Positions 47,410-60,969 of a DNA stretch of 64,000 nucleotides are shown here, one piece after another. Below the pieces are notes generated by a model that had not been told where the DNA came from, did no database searches, and saw only the letters and a list, made by a program, of their open reading frames with translations. The first letter of the stretch is position 1. Each line of letters opens with the position of its first letter. Both the position numbers and the translations under genes were made by a program. Location: assembly GCF_006345805.1 (NCBI RefSeq), contig NC_043019.1, positions 4,153,360 through 4,217,359 of the forward strand, read 5' to 3'. Source of the stretch: Octopus sinensis. Its lineage: Eukaryota.

Positions 47410-49078
47410 ATGTTTGTTCCTTCTCGAGCCACCCCTGGCTCATAAGGACCGGTTTCCCGGTTTCCTTGGCCTATAGTTCCCCACCTGGACGGGACGCCGG
47501 TCCATCGCAGGTGAGCTGCAAGATGCAGGAGGAAAGAGTGAGAGAAAGTTGTGGCGAAAGAGTCAGCAGAAGTTTCGCCATTACCTTCTGCCGGAGCCGC
47601 GTGGAGCTTAGGTGTTTTCGCTCATAAACACACACATCGCCCGGTCTGAGATTCGAACCCGCGATCCCTCGACCGCGAGTCCGCCGCTCTAACCACTAAG
47701 CCACGAACCTCCACGTATGGAGGTCGCATTTTAAACTTGGAGAAAAAAAAAGCCTTGTATATTTGTTCTTACCTGCTACATGTGCGTATGTAAAATCGCG
47801 TTTTCTTCTAGGAAATTTACAGATTTTTACATACACACCTGAACCAGGTAAGAACAAATGTGCAAGGCTTTTTTTCTCCAATTTTAAAATGAGACATTGT
47901 TTTTGTTACATCTACATTCCACACAGAAGTGGTGGAAGCACAATGGCCCAGTGGTTAGGGCAACGAACTCGCGGTCAGAGGATCGCGGTTTCGATTCCCA
48001 GACCGGGCATTGTGAGTGTTTATTGAGCGAAAACACCTAAAGCTCTACGATGCTCCGGCAGAGGGTTGTGGTGAACCCTGTTGTACTCTCTCACCACAAC
48101 TTTATCTCGCCCTTTCTTCCTGTTTCTCTTGTACCTGTATTTCAAAGGGTCAGCCTTGTCACATTCTGTGTGTCACGCTGAATCTCCTCGAGAACTACGT
48201 TAAGGGCACACGTGTCTGTGGAGTGCTCAGCCACTTGCACGTTAATATCACGAGCAAGCTGTTCCGTTGATCGTATCAGCTGGGACCCTCATCGTCGCAA
48301 CCGACGGAGTGCTCCTACTACTACACACAGAACAAGCACGCAGTTGTCAAGGCAACAAGTGATTACGGAAACTAACAGAGTGTTTTTTTGTTTTTTGTTT
48401 TTTGTGTCGTCTCAAAACGAATGATCGCCCATTCTCATTTACATGCGCTAAGCATTTCGATCGGCGTGCTAACGATTCTTATTTCTTTACTGCCCGCAAG
48501 GGGCTACACACAGAGGGGACAAACAAGGACAGACAAACGGATTAAGTCGATTACATCAATCCTAGTGCGTAAATGGTACTTAATTTATCGACCCCGAAAG
48601 GATAAAAGGCAAAGTCGACCTCGGCGGAATTTGAACTCAGAACGTAGCGGCAGACGAAATACCTATTTCTTTACTACCCACAAAGGGCTAAACACAGAGG
48701 GGACAAACAAGGACAAACAAAAGGATTAAGTCGATTACATCGACCCCAGTGCAAAACTGGTACTTATCGACCTCGAAAGGATGAAAGGCAAAGTCGACCT
48801 CGGCGGAATTTGAACTCAGAACGTAGCGGCAGACGAAATACCTATTTCTTTACTACCCACAAGGCGCTAAACACAGAGGGGACAAACAAGGACAGACAAA
48901 GGGATAAGTTGATTACATCGACCCCAGTGCGTAACTGGTACTCAATTTATCGAACCAGAAAGGATAAAAGGCAAAGTCGACCTCGGCAGAATTTGAACTC
49001 AGAATGTAGCAACAGACGAAATACCACTAAGCATTTAACCTGATGTGGGCGTGCTAATGGTTCTGCCAGCTCGCCATC
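47410..49078. mobile_element. SINE cluster (47410-47715 -, 47930-48315 +, 48480-49078 - with triplicated 3' unit)
   Basis: Homologous to other SINE copies in the window. Confidence 0.8.
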
Positions 49079-49079
49079 T

Positions 49080-49203
49080 TAATAACAACAAGATATAATA
49101 ATAATAATAAATACTATAATATAATAATAATAATAATAATAATATAATAATAATAATAATAAATAATAATAAATAATAATAATAATAATATAATAATAAT
49201 ATA

Positions 49204-49244
<41 letters not shown>

Positions 49245-49423
49245 CAATGATAATAATAATAAATAATAATAATAATAATAATAACAACAATGATAATAAT
49301 AATAATAATAATAATAAATAATAATAATAATAATATAATATAATAATAATAATATAATAATAATAAATAATAATAATAAATAATAATAATAATAATAATA
49401 ATAAATAATAATAATAATAAATA

Positions 49424-49458
<35 letters not shown>

Positions 49459-49490
49459 TAATATAAATAATAGTAATAATAATATATATA
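49080..49490. repeat. (TAA)n microsatellite
   Basis: Seen directly. Confidence 0.97.
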
Positions 49491-49499
49491 TAAATAAAA

Positions 49500-50240
49500 A
49501 AATGTGATAAAAATGGAGCTGACCCAAAACGCCGATTCTGTAACGATGAGATTGAAACTATAGACCACCTAATCTCAGGGTGTAGAGTCTTAGCACCTGC
49601 AGAATATAAGCAAGACATGACAGAGTCGGCCAGTATTTACACTGGACAATATGTCAGCATTATAAAATCAAAACCGCTGACAAATGGTATAAACACCATC
49701 CTGAAACTGTAACTGAGGGACTTCCCTGTACATACCGACAAAACTATAAAAGCTAATACCGGATATTATTACAAAAGATCAACCAAAAAGGATGTGTTTA
49801 TTAATTGACATGAGTATTCCTGGCGATCACGACATAGCAGCGAAAGAATTTGACAATCAGTAAATATAAAGACTTGCTAATAGAAATTGAGAAAATGTGG
49901 CATCTCAAGGCGACTACAGTACCAGTGATTGTAGGATCTCCGGAATGTTAAAAAAAAGGTACTGAAACCTATTTGAAAATGATACTAGGCTTACCATCCC
50001 TCAGGGAGTGCAAAACATCATATTAACTGGAACGACTCATGTACTGAGAAGAGCATTATCGCTGTGAAAACAACATCCATTCGTAAATTTATTTATTTAT
50101 TAATGTTTTAAATTACATATTTTATCTGTGAAATTACGTGTGTAATCTGGGAATGCATACAATGAGCTTCTCTGCCCTAGGTGTACGGAAAACACCCGGC
50201 GAGAAATGGAAGAAAATTTGAAGAAAGAAGGAAAAGAAAA
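49500..50240 (+). mobile_element. R4/Dong-like LINE 3' end (CCHC + REL endonuclease) in TAA repeats
   Basis: RFCNDEIETIDHLISGC, RHDRVGQYLHW, PDII, LLIDMSIP, KYKDLLIEIEKMW, PVIVG; TAA tracts on both sides. Confidence 0.85.
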
Positions 50241-50259
50241 TAATAATAATAATAATAAT

Positions 50260-50860
50260 ACTTTCTTTTATTGGCCACAAGGGCCGAACATAAAATAAAT
50301 AGGGATGACACAATACAAGGGACAAGTGGGGTGTTGAACAATACGTTCTTCACGATGGACTCGGCTGATAACCAGATCTGTCCTGCACGCGACAACAGTT
50401 GTTTGACAAAGCTCCACAAGTCTGTAATGCACAGACACTGGACAAGTGCATGCAGGACGGTTTCATCGCCCTGTGGACATTTCGGACAGGTCTGACTGCA
50501 CTTCTGTGTCTGCAATGCTTGTCTCGAACTGGCTGGGCTCCCCTGTAGCACTGCCAGGCCTGGAATTTCTGGAAGTTATCCATAGGCCCCAACCCCAAAG
50601 TCCTCTGAAAAGACCATATGTCTTCGGCTGTTATCAGCATTTTGCTGAGAGGTGTGGCATGCCATTGAAGTAGGGGGTGAAAGCCACCTCCATCCCTGAC
50701 ACACATCGCACCCCAAACAGTTGACAAAGTGCCGCTGAAACTTCATACACATCTGCGTGGATTCATGTAGGTTACACCCGTCCCGGTCCATGAAGGACCG
50801 AGTTGTGGCTTTGTTGCCATGTTGAACCTCTGTACACACATTTTAAGCTCTTGGCAATAT
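50260..50860 (-). mobile_element. L1/Tx1-like LINE 3' fragment
   Basis: FQAWQCYRGAQPVRDK and CPKCPQGDETVLHALVQC (zf-RVT-like); AATAAA near the 3' end. Confidence 0.7.
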
Positions 50861-50869
50861 CTACTCTAC

Positions 50870-51078
50870 TCTTATACTTGTTTCAGTCATTTGATTGCGG
50901 TCATGCTGGAGCACCACCTTTAATCGAGCAACTCGACCCCAGGACTTATTCTTTGTAAGCCCAGTACTTATTCTATCGGTCTCTTTTGCCGAACCGCTAA
51001 GTTACGGGGACATAAACACACCAGCATCAGTTGTCAAGCAATGCTAGGGGGACAAACACAGATACACAAACACACATG

Positions 51079-51138
<60 letters not shown>

Positions 51139-51752
51139 TACGACGGGCTTCTTTCAGTTTCCGTCTACCAAATCCACTCACAAGGTATTGGTCGACCCGG
51201 GGCTATAGTAGAAGACACTTGCCCAAGGTGCTACGCGGTGGGACTGAACCCGGAACCATGTGGTTGATAAGCAAGCTACTTACCACACAGCCACTCCTGC
51301 TGTGCTTCTGTGATGCAAAGGTTACCTCACCTCAAACGTAACATAAGTTCTCTGCCTTATTCTCACAAGTGTGAGACATCTGAAAGAAGAAAACAACAAA
51401 CAGTTAGAAAATAGACAGAAAATTCATTCATAAATTCATCATTACAATACAGAGCATGACAAGATTAGCAGAAGTATTCAGGTATCATTCAGCAGGAAAA
51501 TTAAATCAATTTAAAATGCCTCGCCTGCATATCAATAGCTTGCTCTTTTACTTGTTTCAGTCATTTGACTGTGGCCATGCTGAAGCACCGCCTTTAGTCG
51601 ATCGAGCAAATCGACCCCAGGACTTATTCTTTGTAAGCCTAGTACTTATTCTATCGGTTCTCTTTTACCGAACCGCTAAGTTACGGGGACGTAAACACAC
51701 CAGCATTGGTTGTCAAGCAATGTTGGGGGAGGGTGCAAACACAGACACACAA

Positions 51753-51803
<51 letters not shown>

Positions 51804-51974
51804 CATCTAATATAGGATAAAATTTTTCGAAAAAACTCTATCAATGGCCAACATATTAAAAAATACCTTTAAAGGTTAAATTTATAAACAATTTATAAAC
51901 AAGGGCAAAAGAAAAAAGAAAAAGAATCAGAAATATTTTTCTTTTGCCCTTGTTTATAACTAGCACACATATAT

Positions 51975-52053
<79 letters not shown>

Positions 52054-52230
52054 ATATACATATATACAATGGGCTTCTTTCAGTTTCCGTCTACCAAATC
52101 CACTCACAAGGCTTTGATCGACCCGAGGCTACAGTAGAAGATAGTTGCCCAAGGTGCCACACAGTGGGACTGAACCCGGAACCATGGGGTTGGTAAGCAA
52201 GCTACTTACCACACAGCCACTCCTGCGCCT
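50870..52230 (-). mobile_element. CORE-like tRNA SINEs with internal (TA)n (two copies, second interrupted)
   Basis: Head ggcgcaggagtggctgtgtggtaag, core gcaccttgggcaag. Confidence 0.8.
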
Positions 52231-52507
52231 ATTGGTCAGTGAATATTTATTATAAATTCCAAAAGCACTTGACTAGGAAAATCACCTACTTTTCACCTCA
52301 ATATATTAACTTGCACAACACAAATACCTCCTATGACTGCTGGAAAAAATACTGAAAAGCATTGGGACTGTGAGCATGATAAGAAACATAAACCACAAAC
52401 CTGTTGGATCCTGTTGTTACACGTACGTGTATCTTGTAAAGTAGAACTAACAAACAGTTTTAACCATGATATTAATTACCAGTGACCTAAAATTGGTTAA
52501 AAATTGC

Positions 52508-52940
52508 GGATGTTTTCGGTTTGAACGGCAGTTTTTTCTAGCGGTGTCATATGAAATTGTCACCCATAATTATGACCCTAGTATCGATCTATTGCATTTC
52601 AATCTGTTTTAGGGTTAGGGTCAGGGTTAGGGATGGGGGTAAGGGTATATTTTTTTCTTCAGAAATGTAAATAAACCCAATCTGTTTCTTAAACGAGGGA
52701 CATATTCATACGGCACAGAATGCTTTTTACCTCAATAGATGTCAGTGATTGGTTGAAATTGAAGAAAATTTGCAGAAATTGAAGAAAAAAACAACAAATA
52801 TCTTACAAACTATAGAATTTTCTCAATAAAGCCAAGAGAAAAAGATTTTTTATAAACACATTCTACTAGTATACGAAGTTTAAAAATTTTTTGTTACGTG
52901 GAAATTATTTTAAAAAACTGCCGGTCAAACCGAAAAGATC
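52508..52940. mobile_element. MITE with TTAGGG-like repeats, uninterrupted
   Basis: About 25-bp TIRs. Confidence 0.8.
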
Positions 52941-53249
52941 TGAAGTTAGTGGTAACGAAGTCAGTAGACAGATAAAAAATGGTAAAGAATGCATCTAAAA
53001 CGATCACGTTAGAGTTTGTGTGTGTCTGTGAAAAAGTAAAAGTATAATATTAAAACAAAATATACCTGTTAGAATCACTGGATATAATACATCATAATCC
53101 AAGATTACAGAATAGATTTGAAAACCTAAAGCACTTTCCCTTTGCAATTTTTGGCGCCGAAATCGGGTAACTAATGCGTTTTATTTTTGTTGTGGGATGA
53201 GAGTGAGTGAGTGACAAAGTTTACCTAAACTTTCAATGGTAGAGCAATA

Positions 53250-53645
53250 TCTTTATATATAAAAGTGAGGTTGTGTGCTGTCTGTCTCCTACGATTTAGA
53301 TTCCTAACTACTCCCACATTTTGCGGTGCAGTTTAACCAAAACCGGGTATCTTATAGTCGTGATTCATATCGAACCCTTCTGGGTATTAGCGCGCGTCTA
53401 CGATGAGTCTACGATTTAAAAAAAAATTTACCATCAATTTTTCCCATTTTTAATGCATTTTTGGCAAATATAAGGGAAGTAACTCTTTAAAAATCTATTA
53501 TTAAATCTCAAAACGTAAAAAGCTACAGTAACACCCCACCTTTCTGGTTAGCCATATTGAGATGGCTATTATACTTTACATCTCTAAAAATGCTTATATA
53601 GTTATTTCCCTTACAAACCCGAGCAACGCCGGGAGATACTTCTAG
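53250..53645 (+). mobile_element. Non-autonomous Helitron
   Basis: A|TC start, subterminal hairpin cccg-agcaacgc-cggg, CTAG|T end. Confidence 0.85.
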
Positions 53646-54145
53646 TATTATATATCATCATCATCATCGTTTAATGGCTGCTTTCTATGCTGACATGGAA
53701 AGCAGACTTTAAACAATAATGATGATATATATATATACATAGATAGATGTATATCTATATTACCCCCCCTCATTCCGGCTATCTGACCTTCCTTTACTCT
53801 TTACCCTTTAATCTCTTTAGACACTAATACCTTTCTTTCTATATCACCCTAATCTTTCCCCACTCCTACCGTCGAGTTATCTTGACTGACCACTAACTGG
53901 TACACTTTCCCTGTCTTCATCTCTGTATTATCTCTCTCCTTTCTTTCTTTCTTTCTTTTTTTCTTTCCTTTATTCCTTTCTTCCTGTTTTCGATTTGACC
54001 TTACAAATACAATCCCTACTTTTAGGTCACTTTAAATAAAACCTATACACAACACTCACACACACACAAACACACATAGATGTATATATATATATACATC
54101 TATCTATCAACATATATATATATACACACACATACATCTATGTAT

Positions 54146-54178
<33 letters not shown>

Positions 54179-54179
<1 letters not shown>

Positions 54180-54695
54180 CTATATATATAAAACTGTAGT
54201 TGTGTGAGTGTCTGTCCCCTTCGATTTAGATTCCTAACTCCTCCCACATTTTGCGGTGCAGTTTAACCAAATTCGGGTATCTTATAGTCGTGATTAATAT
54301 CGAGCCCGTCTGGCTATTAGCGCGCGTCTACGATGAGTCTACGATTTTAAAAATTATTTAACATCATTTTTTATTCCATTTTAATGCATAATTTTTTGTG
54401 TGTCGATGGCGGCGGAGTTGGCGTCCACGCTCAAACACCTGCACCTATGTTTGCTTCTCCCCCTTCTTCCCTCCCTCGTGAAGCTGTGGGGAAGGGAGTG
54501 TAAGGAAATCAACGTCGTAAAGCGTTGTCAAGGAGACCAACGTTCTTTTAGAACAACGACTTCATGGCTTGAAGACACCAAAACAGAAATGGCTAAGAAA
54601 GCCCGAATTGGCATCTATAAGGGAAGTAACTCTCTAAAAATGCTTATATAGTTATTTCCCTTACAAACCCGAGCAACGCCGGGCGATACTGCTAG
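54179..54695 (+). mobile_element. Non-autonomous Helitron (same ends, different middle)
   Basis: A|TC start, hairpin, CTAG|T end. Confidence 0.85.
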
Positions 54696-54704
54696 TATAT
54701 ATAT

Positions 54705-54877
54705 ATAATGTAAAGTATAGAAGCCATCTTATCATGGCTAACCACATTGGGGAGGGGGTGTTACTGTAGCTTTATAGCCCCAAGAGATCGTCGTCTCTAG
54801 CTGGCTATAAAGCTACAGTAACACCCCCTCCCCAATGTGGTTAGCCATGATAAGATGGCTTCTATACTTTACATTAT
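54705..54877. repeat. Near-perfect palindrome, ~75-bp arms
   Basis: ataatgtaaagtatagaagcc... / ...ggcttctatactttacattat. Confidence 0.9.
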
Positions 54878-54918
54878 CGAGCGATTACTGTTTCAATCTC
54901 ATTCTGAGATTAATTATG

Positions 54919-54961
<43 letters not shown>

Positions 54962-54969
54962 TATATATA

Positions 54970-55798
54970 CTAGCTGAAGGTGACCCGCTCTACGCGCGGG
55001 TAAGAGTGTGGTTGTTTCTTTCTGTTGCTTCCTTTCAGCACGTAAAATGCACCATCCGAACGTGGCCGATTGCAGCGCCGCCTTGACTGGCTTCTGTGCC
55101 GGTGGCACGTAAAAAGCATCCACTACACCCACAGAGTGGTTTGCGTTAGGAAGGGCATCCACCTGTAGAAACACTGCCAGATCAGACTGGAGCCTGGTGC
55201 AGCCTCCTGGCTTCCCAGACCCCGGTCAAACTGTCCAACCCGTGCTAGCACGGAAAACGGACGTTAAACGATGATGATGATGATGATGATTCTCCCTCTT
55301 TGTTTCTCTCTCCTTTCTCCATGGCTGGCATTTCTTAACGACGGACAGCAACGTATTGACAGTTTAACGGCTGGCGTAAAATTTTGAACTTGATGTAAAA
55401 GAAAATTCGTAAACACCAAGTTTTGAAGTGATTCTTTCTCACGACCGTAGACTCACCATGGCAAGCATTCAAAACTTCTTTATCATGGACGGCAACACAT
55501 TGACGATTAAAGGCTGGCACAAATTTTTTAGCTTGATGTAACAGAGAATTCTTTAACGCCCGCTCCCCTAAATTTTAATCCCCTTCCAGCCCCATTTAGA
55601 CCCCTTTTCTCATTTTGGTTAATTTAACCCGATTTCATACGGGTCTACTGGGGCTACATTTTATAAGATGAGGAATTTTGTCCTAGAGGTCACGCCTTTC
55701 ATTTGAGGAAAAAATTAGTTGTCATGCAAACTTGCCAGCACTTTTAACATAGGTGTGCATATTTTCAGCTCAACCGACCGACCACATAATGCACACAT

Positions 55799-55853
<55 letters not shown>

Positions 55854-56156
55854 ACGCATTATATATACAAATGTATACAATTATATATATATATGTATAA
55901 ATTAAATTAGAGATTAAACCACTAATAGGCAAATGAACAGCAAAAACAAAAACATAAAAATAAAAATATAATATAGAAAATATATAAAATTGAAAAATTT
56001 AAATTATTTAAATTTAAAATAAAAATCATTGAATTATATTTATAATTTGTTTAAAAATATATATAACTATTAAAAAGTATTAAAAAGTTTAATATACATA
56101 AATACAGATATATACACTTTGTATATATACATTATAGATACATATTTATATATAGA

Positions 56157-56187
<31 letters not shown>

Positions 56188-56788
56188 AATGAACGCAATA
56201 AATATCTGATTCATAATATTTGTTCTCATGATTGTGTCGTGGTGGTGGTGGTGGCGATGATAATTGTCTCTATGAATGCAGACAGATACATAAAAGAACG
56301 CCGTTTGACGAAGTTATAAAGAGAAAGTGAAGGGGAGTTAGACGAGAAGGGAGGAAATAGCGTGAGTGAGTGAGGAAAACAGATACATAAAAGAACGCCG
56401 TTTGACGAAGTTATAAAGAGAAAGTGAAGGGGAGTTAGAGGGGAAGGCAGGGAATAGCGTGAGTGAGGAAGACAGATACAGAAAAGAACGCCGTTTGACG
56501 AAGTTATAAAGAGAATGTGTAGGGGAGTTAGACGGGAAGGGAGGAAATAGCGTGAGTGAGTGAGGAAGACAGATACAGAAAAGAATGGGAGTGGACTTGT
56601 GAAAGTGGGTTTTTGGCCCTAGCAACGACACCTTTTAAGATAGACGTGCACTAATACCCAGAAGGGCTCGATATGAATCACGACTATAAGATACCCGGTT
56701 TTGGTTAACCTGCACCGCAAAATGTGGGAGTAGTTAGGAATCTAAATCGTAGGAGACAGACACACAACTTCACTTTTATATATAAAGA
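54970..56788 (-). mobile_element. Composite Helitron-like element
   Basis: 5' end matches 53250. A different 3' hairpin (acccgc-gcgtaga-gcgggt) plus CTAG|T lies at 54970. Linkage of the two ends is inferred. Confidence 0.55.
56275..56585. repeat. ~100-bp tandem repeat (3 units; also flanks the N gap)
   Basis: gacagatacaNaaaagaacgccgtttgacgaag... is repeated. Confidence 0.9.
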
Positions 56789-57345
56789 TATATACATGCA
56801 TACATACATACATACATACAAAACAACTGCTCTTTTACTCTGTCAATCACTCACACGTTCACTCATTAAAAAAGTAAATATAACAAGTATGCGTCCAAAA
56901 AACATGCATGCGATAGGTGTACGTAAGTTTTGTGTAATCGTGTGTGTGTGTGTGTGTGTGTGTGTTACTGCAGCCACTCATCCATACAAACCTCTCTCTC
57001 TCTCTCTCTCTTCCCTTTCAATCACTCACACATTCACTCACTACAAAAAGTGTTTTAAAAAAATTTCAGTTTTCTCTCTCTCACACACACACACACATAC
57101 ACACACACCAGCACTACACTAACAAAAGAACACACCACACTTTCTGTCTTGCACACCCCATTAAACACGCACACACACACACACACATACACACACACGG
57201 CACGCCAACTTCGAAAGAAATTCCCTGATCGAATCGTGCTCTCTCAGTCTCTTTCGCTTTCACGCTTACTTCAAAAGATCCCCTTTCCCCTCACACCACA
57301 TATGTAAAAAATAAATTAGACGGCAAGGGAGGAAATAGCGTGAGT

Positions 57346-57445
57346 NNNNNNNNNNNNNNNNNNNNNNNNNNNNNNNNNNNNNNNNNNNNNNNNNNNNNNN
57401 NNNNNNNNNNNNNNNNNNNNNNNNNNNNNNNNNNNNNNNNNNNNN
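57346..57445. other. Assembly gap (100 N)
   Basis: Seen directly. Confidence 1.
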
Positions 57446-57719
57446 GAGTGAGTGAGGAAGACAGATACAGAAAAGAACGCCGTTTGAAACATACTTTGTT
57501 CATCAGAAACATAAACAATACACGTGTTTTAAGAAGTTCATAAACACGGTTTCATACCGAAAGATCGCCCTTCTTTGAATTTTCAATCTGATGTAATGCA
57601 CACTCTCGAAAAGACATTTCTGCAAAATCTTATCTAAAAATGGTGATCGCTTGTATGCTACTTTGGATGCCCTAAAAATATGAGTAAAGAAAGAAACAGC
57701 AAAAAAATATTTGAGAATG

Positions 57720-58280
57720 ATGGGGGTGGGGTGAATTTCCGAGGGTTGTACCCCAACCCCACCCTCTTTTCCGGACCAAGAAAGGGGTTTTATGGCATAT
57801 TAGGTCACCGGAATTCATTCAATGAAAAAAAAAAAAATTTTCCAATAATTCCGGGATAAGGGAGGGGGTCCGGTTTCCCACCCCATTTTTTTCCCGAACG
57901 AAAATAAGGGGTTTGTAGCATATGAGAAGTCAGGGTACTTGATTCCACCCAAAAAACCTTAGTTTTATTTTTTATTATTGAAAATCGCGCGGGTATACTT
58001 CCCAATGGCGGTGGGGGTGAAATTTCCGAGCCTTCCATCCCACCCCGTTTTCCGGATCCCCAGTTGGTTGGGTTTTGTGGCATATTAGGGGGCCACTGGA
58101 ATTCTTTCAAAGAAAAAAAAAATTCCAATGATTTCGGGATTGGAGGGGTTCGGTTTCCCACCCGCTTTTTTTCCGAACAAAAAAAAAAGGGGGTTACAGC
58201 ATATTAGGAGGTCAGAGTACTTGATTCCATGCAAAAAATATGAAGTTTTTTTTTTTTTTCTTAGTGAAAATCAAACGGGT
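57720..58280. repeat. Diverged ~290-bp tandem duplication
   Basis: ggggtgaa(a)tttccgag...gtacttgattcca occurs twice. Confidence 0.7.
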
Positions 58281-58346
58281 GAAAGGATCAAATAATACCG
58301 ACAGGTGTCTCATTTCATGAATAAACGGATATGAAAAGTAAATATA

Positions 58347-58728
58347 GGCGTAGGAGTGGGTGTGTGGTAAGTTGCTTGCTTACGATCCACATGGTTCCGG
58401 GTTCAGTCCCACTGCGTGGCACCTTAGGTAGTGTCTTCTACTATAGCCTCGAGCCGACCAAAGCCTTGTGAGTGGATTTGATAAACGGAAACTGAAAGAA
58501 GCTCGTCGTATATATGTATATATATATGTAATACTAAGTAATTAAGTAGAAAGAATAGCCAAAACTCTTTGACTGCTATTTCTAAATTCGGTGTGTGGTG
58601 AGGCAAATCGTCGCTAAACCTTTAATTACTTAGTATTACTTAAACCTTCCTTGAATGGGGCTTTTACATGCCGAAATCTACTTGGTGAAATTAATGATTA
58701 TTCCAAATTAATTAGTTTCACCCTATAT

Positions 58729-58797
<69 letters not shown>

Positions 58798-59275
58798 CGC
58801 GTGTGTGTTTGTGTGTCTGTGTTTGCCCCCCCCCCCCAACATCTATTTCTTTACTACCCACAAGGGGCTAAACACAGAGGGGACAAACAAGGACAGACAT
58901 AGGTATTAAATCGATTACATCGACCCCAGTGCGTAACTGGTACTTAATTTATCGACCCCGAAAGGATGAAAGGCAAAGTCGACCTCGGCGGAATTCGAAC
59001 TCACAACCTAACGCAGACGAAATACCGCAAAGCATTTCGCCCGGTGTGCTAACGTTTCTGCCAGCACCCCCCCCCCCACCAACATCGCTTGACAACCGAT
59101 GCTGATGTGTTTACGTCCCCGTAACCAAGCGGTTCGGCAAAAGAAGGCCGATAGAATAAGTACTAGGCTTACAAAGAATCAGTCCCGGGGTCGATTTGCT
59201 CGACTAAAAGGCAGTGCTCCAGCTTGGCCGCAGTCAAATGACTGAAACAAGTAAAAGAGCAAAAGAGTAAAGAGC
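58347..59275 (+). mobile_element. CORE-like SINE with nested inverted Meta-like SINE (58842-59065)
   Basis: The host SINE resumes after the insert; a C-run plus aacatc is duplicated around it. Confidence 0.75.
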
Positions 59276-59416
59276 ATAGTAGTTACCATGTTGTTAACCA
59301 CCTCCTCGCCATATAACTGTTCCACTTTCAAATTACGATCTCACATACATTCCGCTGTTGTGTTTATAACTGAGTTTTTTCTCCTACCAAGCCCACACAC
59401 GCACACTTCTCCCCCG

Positions 59417-59447
<31 letters not shown>

Positions 59448-60365
59448 AAGTGGTCAAAGGAAACTGAGAAAAGAGTTACAAACAGTCAAACTGTTTCTGT
59501 TCTTTGAAAAAAAACCAAACTCAAAACGAAACTATTTCAAAGCTGGCTCGCCTTCTCACAAAACACCAAACGAATAAAGAATACTGGTCAGGTTTTCTTC
59601 GAGGATTTATTTATTTAAAAAGTAAGTTTCTTTAACTTTATAATTACGTGGAGTTGTGTCGTGTGGACTTACAATCACATATTTAAGCCGTTAGTAACCT
59701 GTCCCGTTCAGTCATCTACGCACTCACCCATTAATATTGTGTTGAATATGGTTTCACTGAGAAAAAAGTTAAGGGCTATTTAGCTGTTGTTTTTAGCATA
59801 TCTCACGACCGTCTGATACCTTCCTTATTCGTTTAATATTTGGTGTTAATTACGACAAGTTCTCTCCGGCACCAATAAGCAAGTTAATAAGCCAAATTGG
59901 GTGTAGAAAGATCTGTATTTATTTTAAAGTATAAGCATAGTTTGCGGGTTAGAAGAATGTTTTACGGTATAAAAAATGCCCCAAGGAGGTGAACGACATC
60001 AGGAACCGTTATATATCCTTCTGTGATATCAGGAACATGGGTTGTAGTCTTGCAGCCTCTAAAATAAACTTAAGAAGTCGCTGGGTTGGCGGTGTTTGGC
60101 CCGTGTGAAAAATAAACGAGCGACGAATTGTTCCAAGTAGCTGGGTCTCATTCTTTTCCAGGCTTCCCCATAAACACTCAGTATTTTGATCGTGGATAGA
60201 AAGGTAGGATCTTCCGAGAGGGATACCGTTTGAAAACTATTAATATAAAATTACGTGAAAAGATAACCATTTTCCTCAAAGTTATGGGGGAAAAAATCGG
60301 ACCTTGTGAATTTTCCGAAAGTCTTCTCTCCACTCCCTCGGAAAAGATTTTCCCCCATAAATTTC

Positions 60366-60482
60366 GGCGGAGGTCAAGAATACGTACACCATCCGTTTTC
60401 GGCGTAACCAAAACCTTAAACCTAAACCTTAACTCCTAACCCTAACCCTAAACCCCGGGTGTACGTATTCTTTACTTTCGCC
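60366..60482. mobile_element. Small MITE/hairpin enclosing CCCTAA-like repeats
   Basis: ggcggaggtcaagaatacgtacacc / ggtgtacgtattctttactttcgcc. Confidence 0.65.
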
Positions 60483-60969
60483 TATATTTATATATATATA
60501 TATATATATAGATATATATATCTATATATATAATAATCTACATATACATATATATATATGTGGTGTGTGTGTGTTTATGTTCAATTAAAATTAAAACAGT
60601 TTTATACTAAATTGGATAGTTGCCCCATACTTTTGAAGAGTTCAGATTTATTATTCTTTAAGCCGTCACCGGACAACCCAATTAGGATTTAGGTGGCGGA
60701 GGTAAAGGACATGGACCGTACCCCCTTTCGGTTTTTTGGGGGTTTTTTCACTAAAGAAACCCACTAATTTACCTCCACCAAAAACACTTTCCTTTCATCA
60801 TGAACAAAAAATCTGTAAACAACAGCCAGAGCGATCACAATTACGTGAATCAAAACAAACAAAACCTCAGCAATTATTTTCCGCTACGAAATGAGGCCGA
60901 GTAAGTACAAAAATAGGCATGGCTATTGAGAGTAAGCGAAAAGTTTCGAAAGTGAAAGATAAACCATTT

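Noticed and set aside
49035-49618. Hydrophobic Y/I/L-rich ORFs
   Set aside because: Reverse translation of (TAA)n.
57316-57490. Continuity of sequence across the gap
   Set aside because: The 100-N placeholder is flanked by the same tandem repeat, so the true length and adjacency are unknown.
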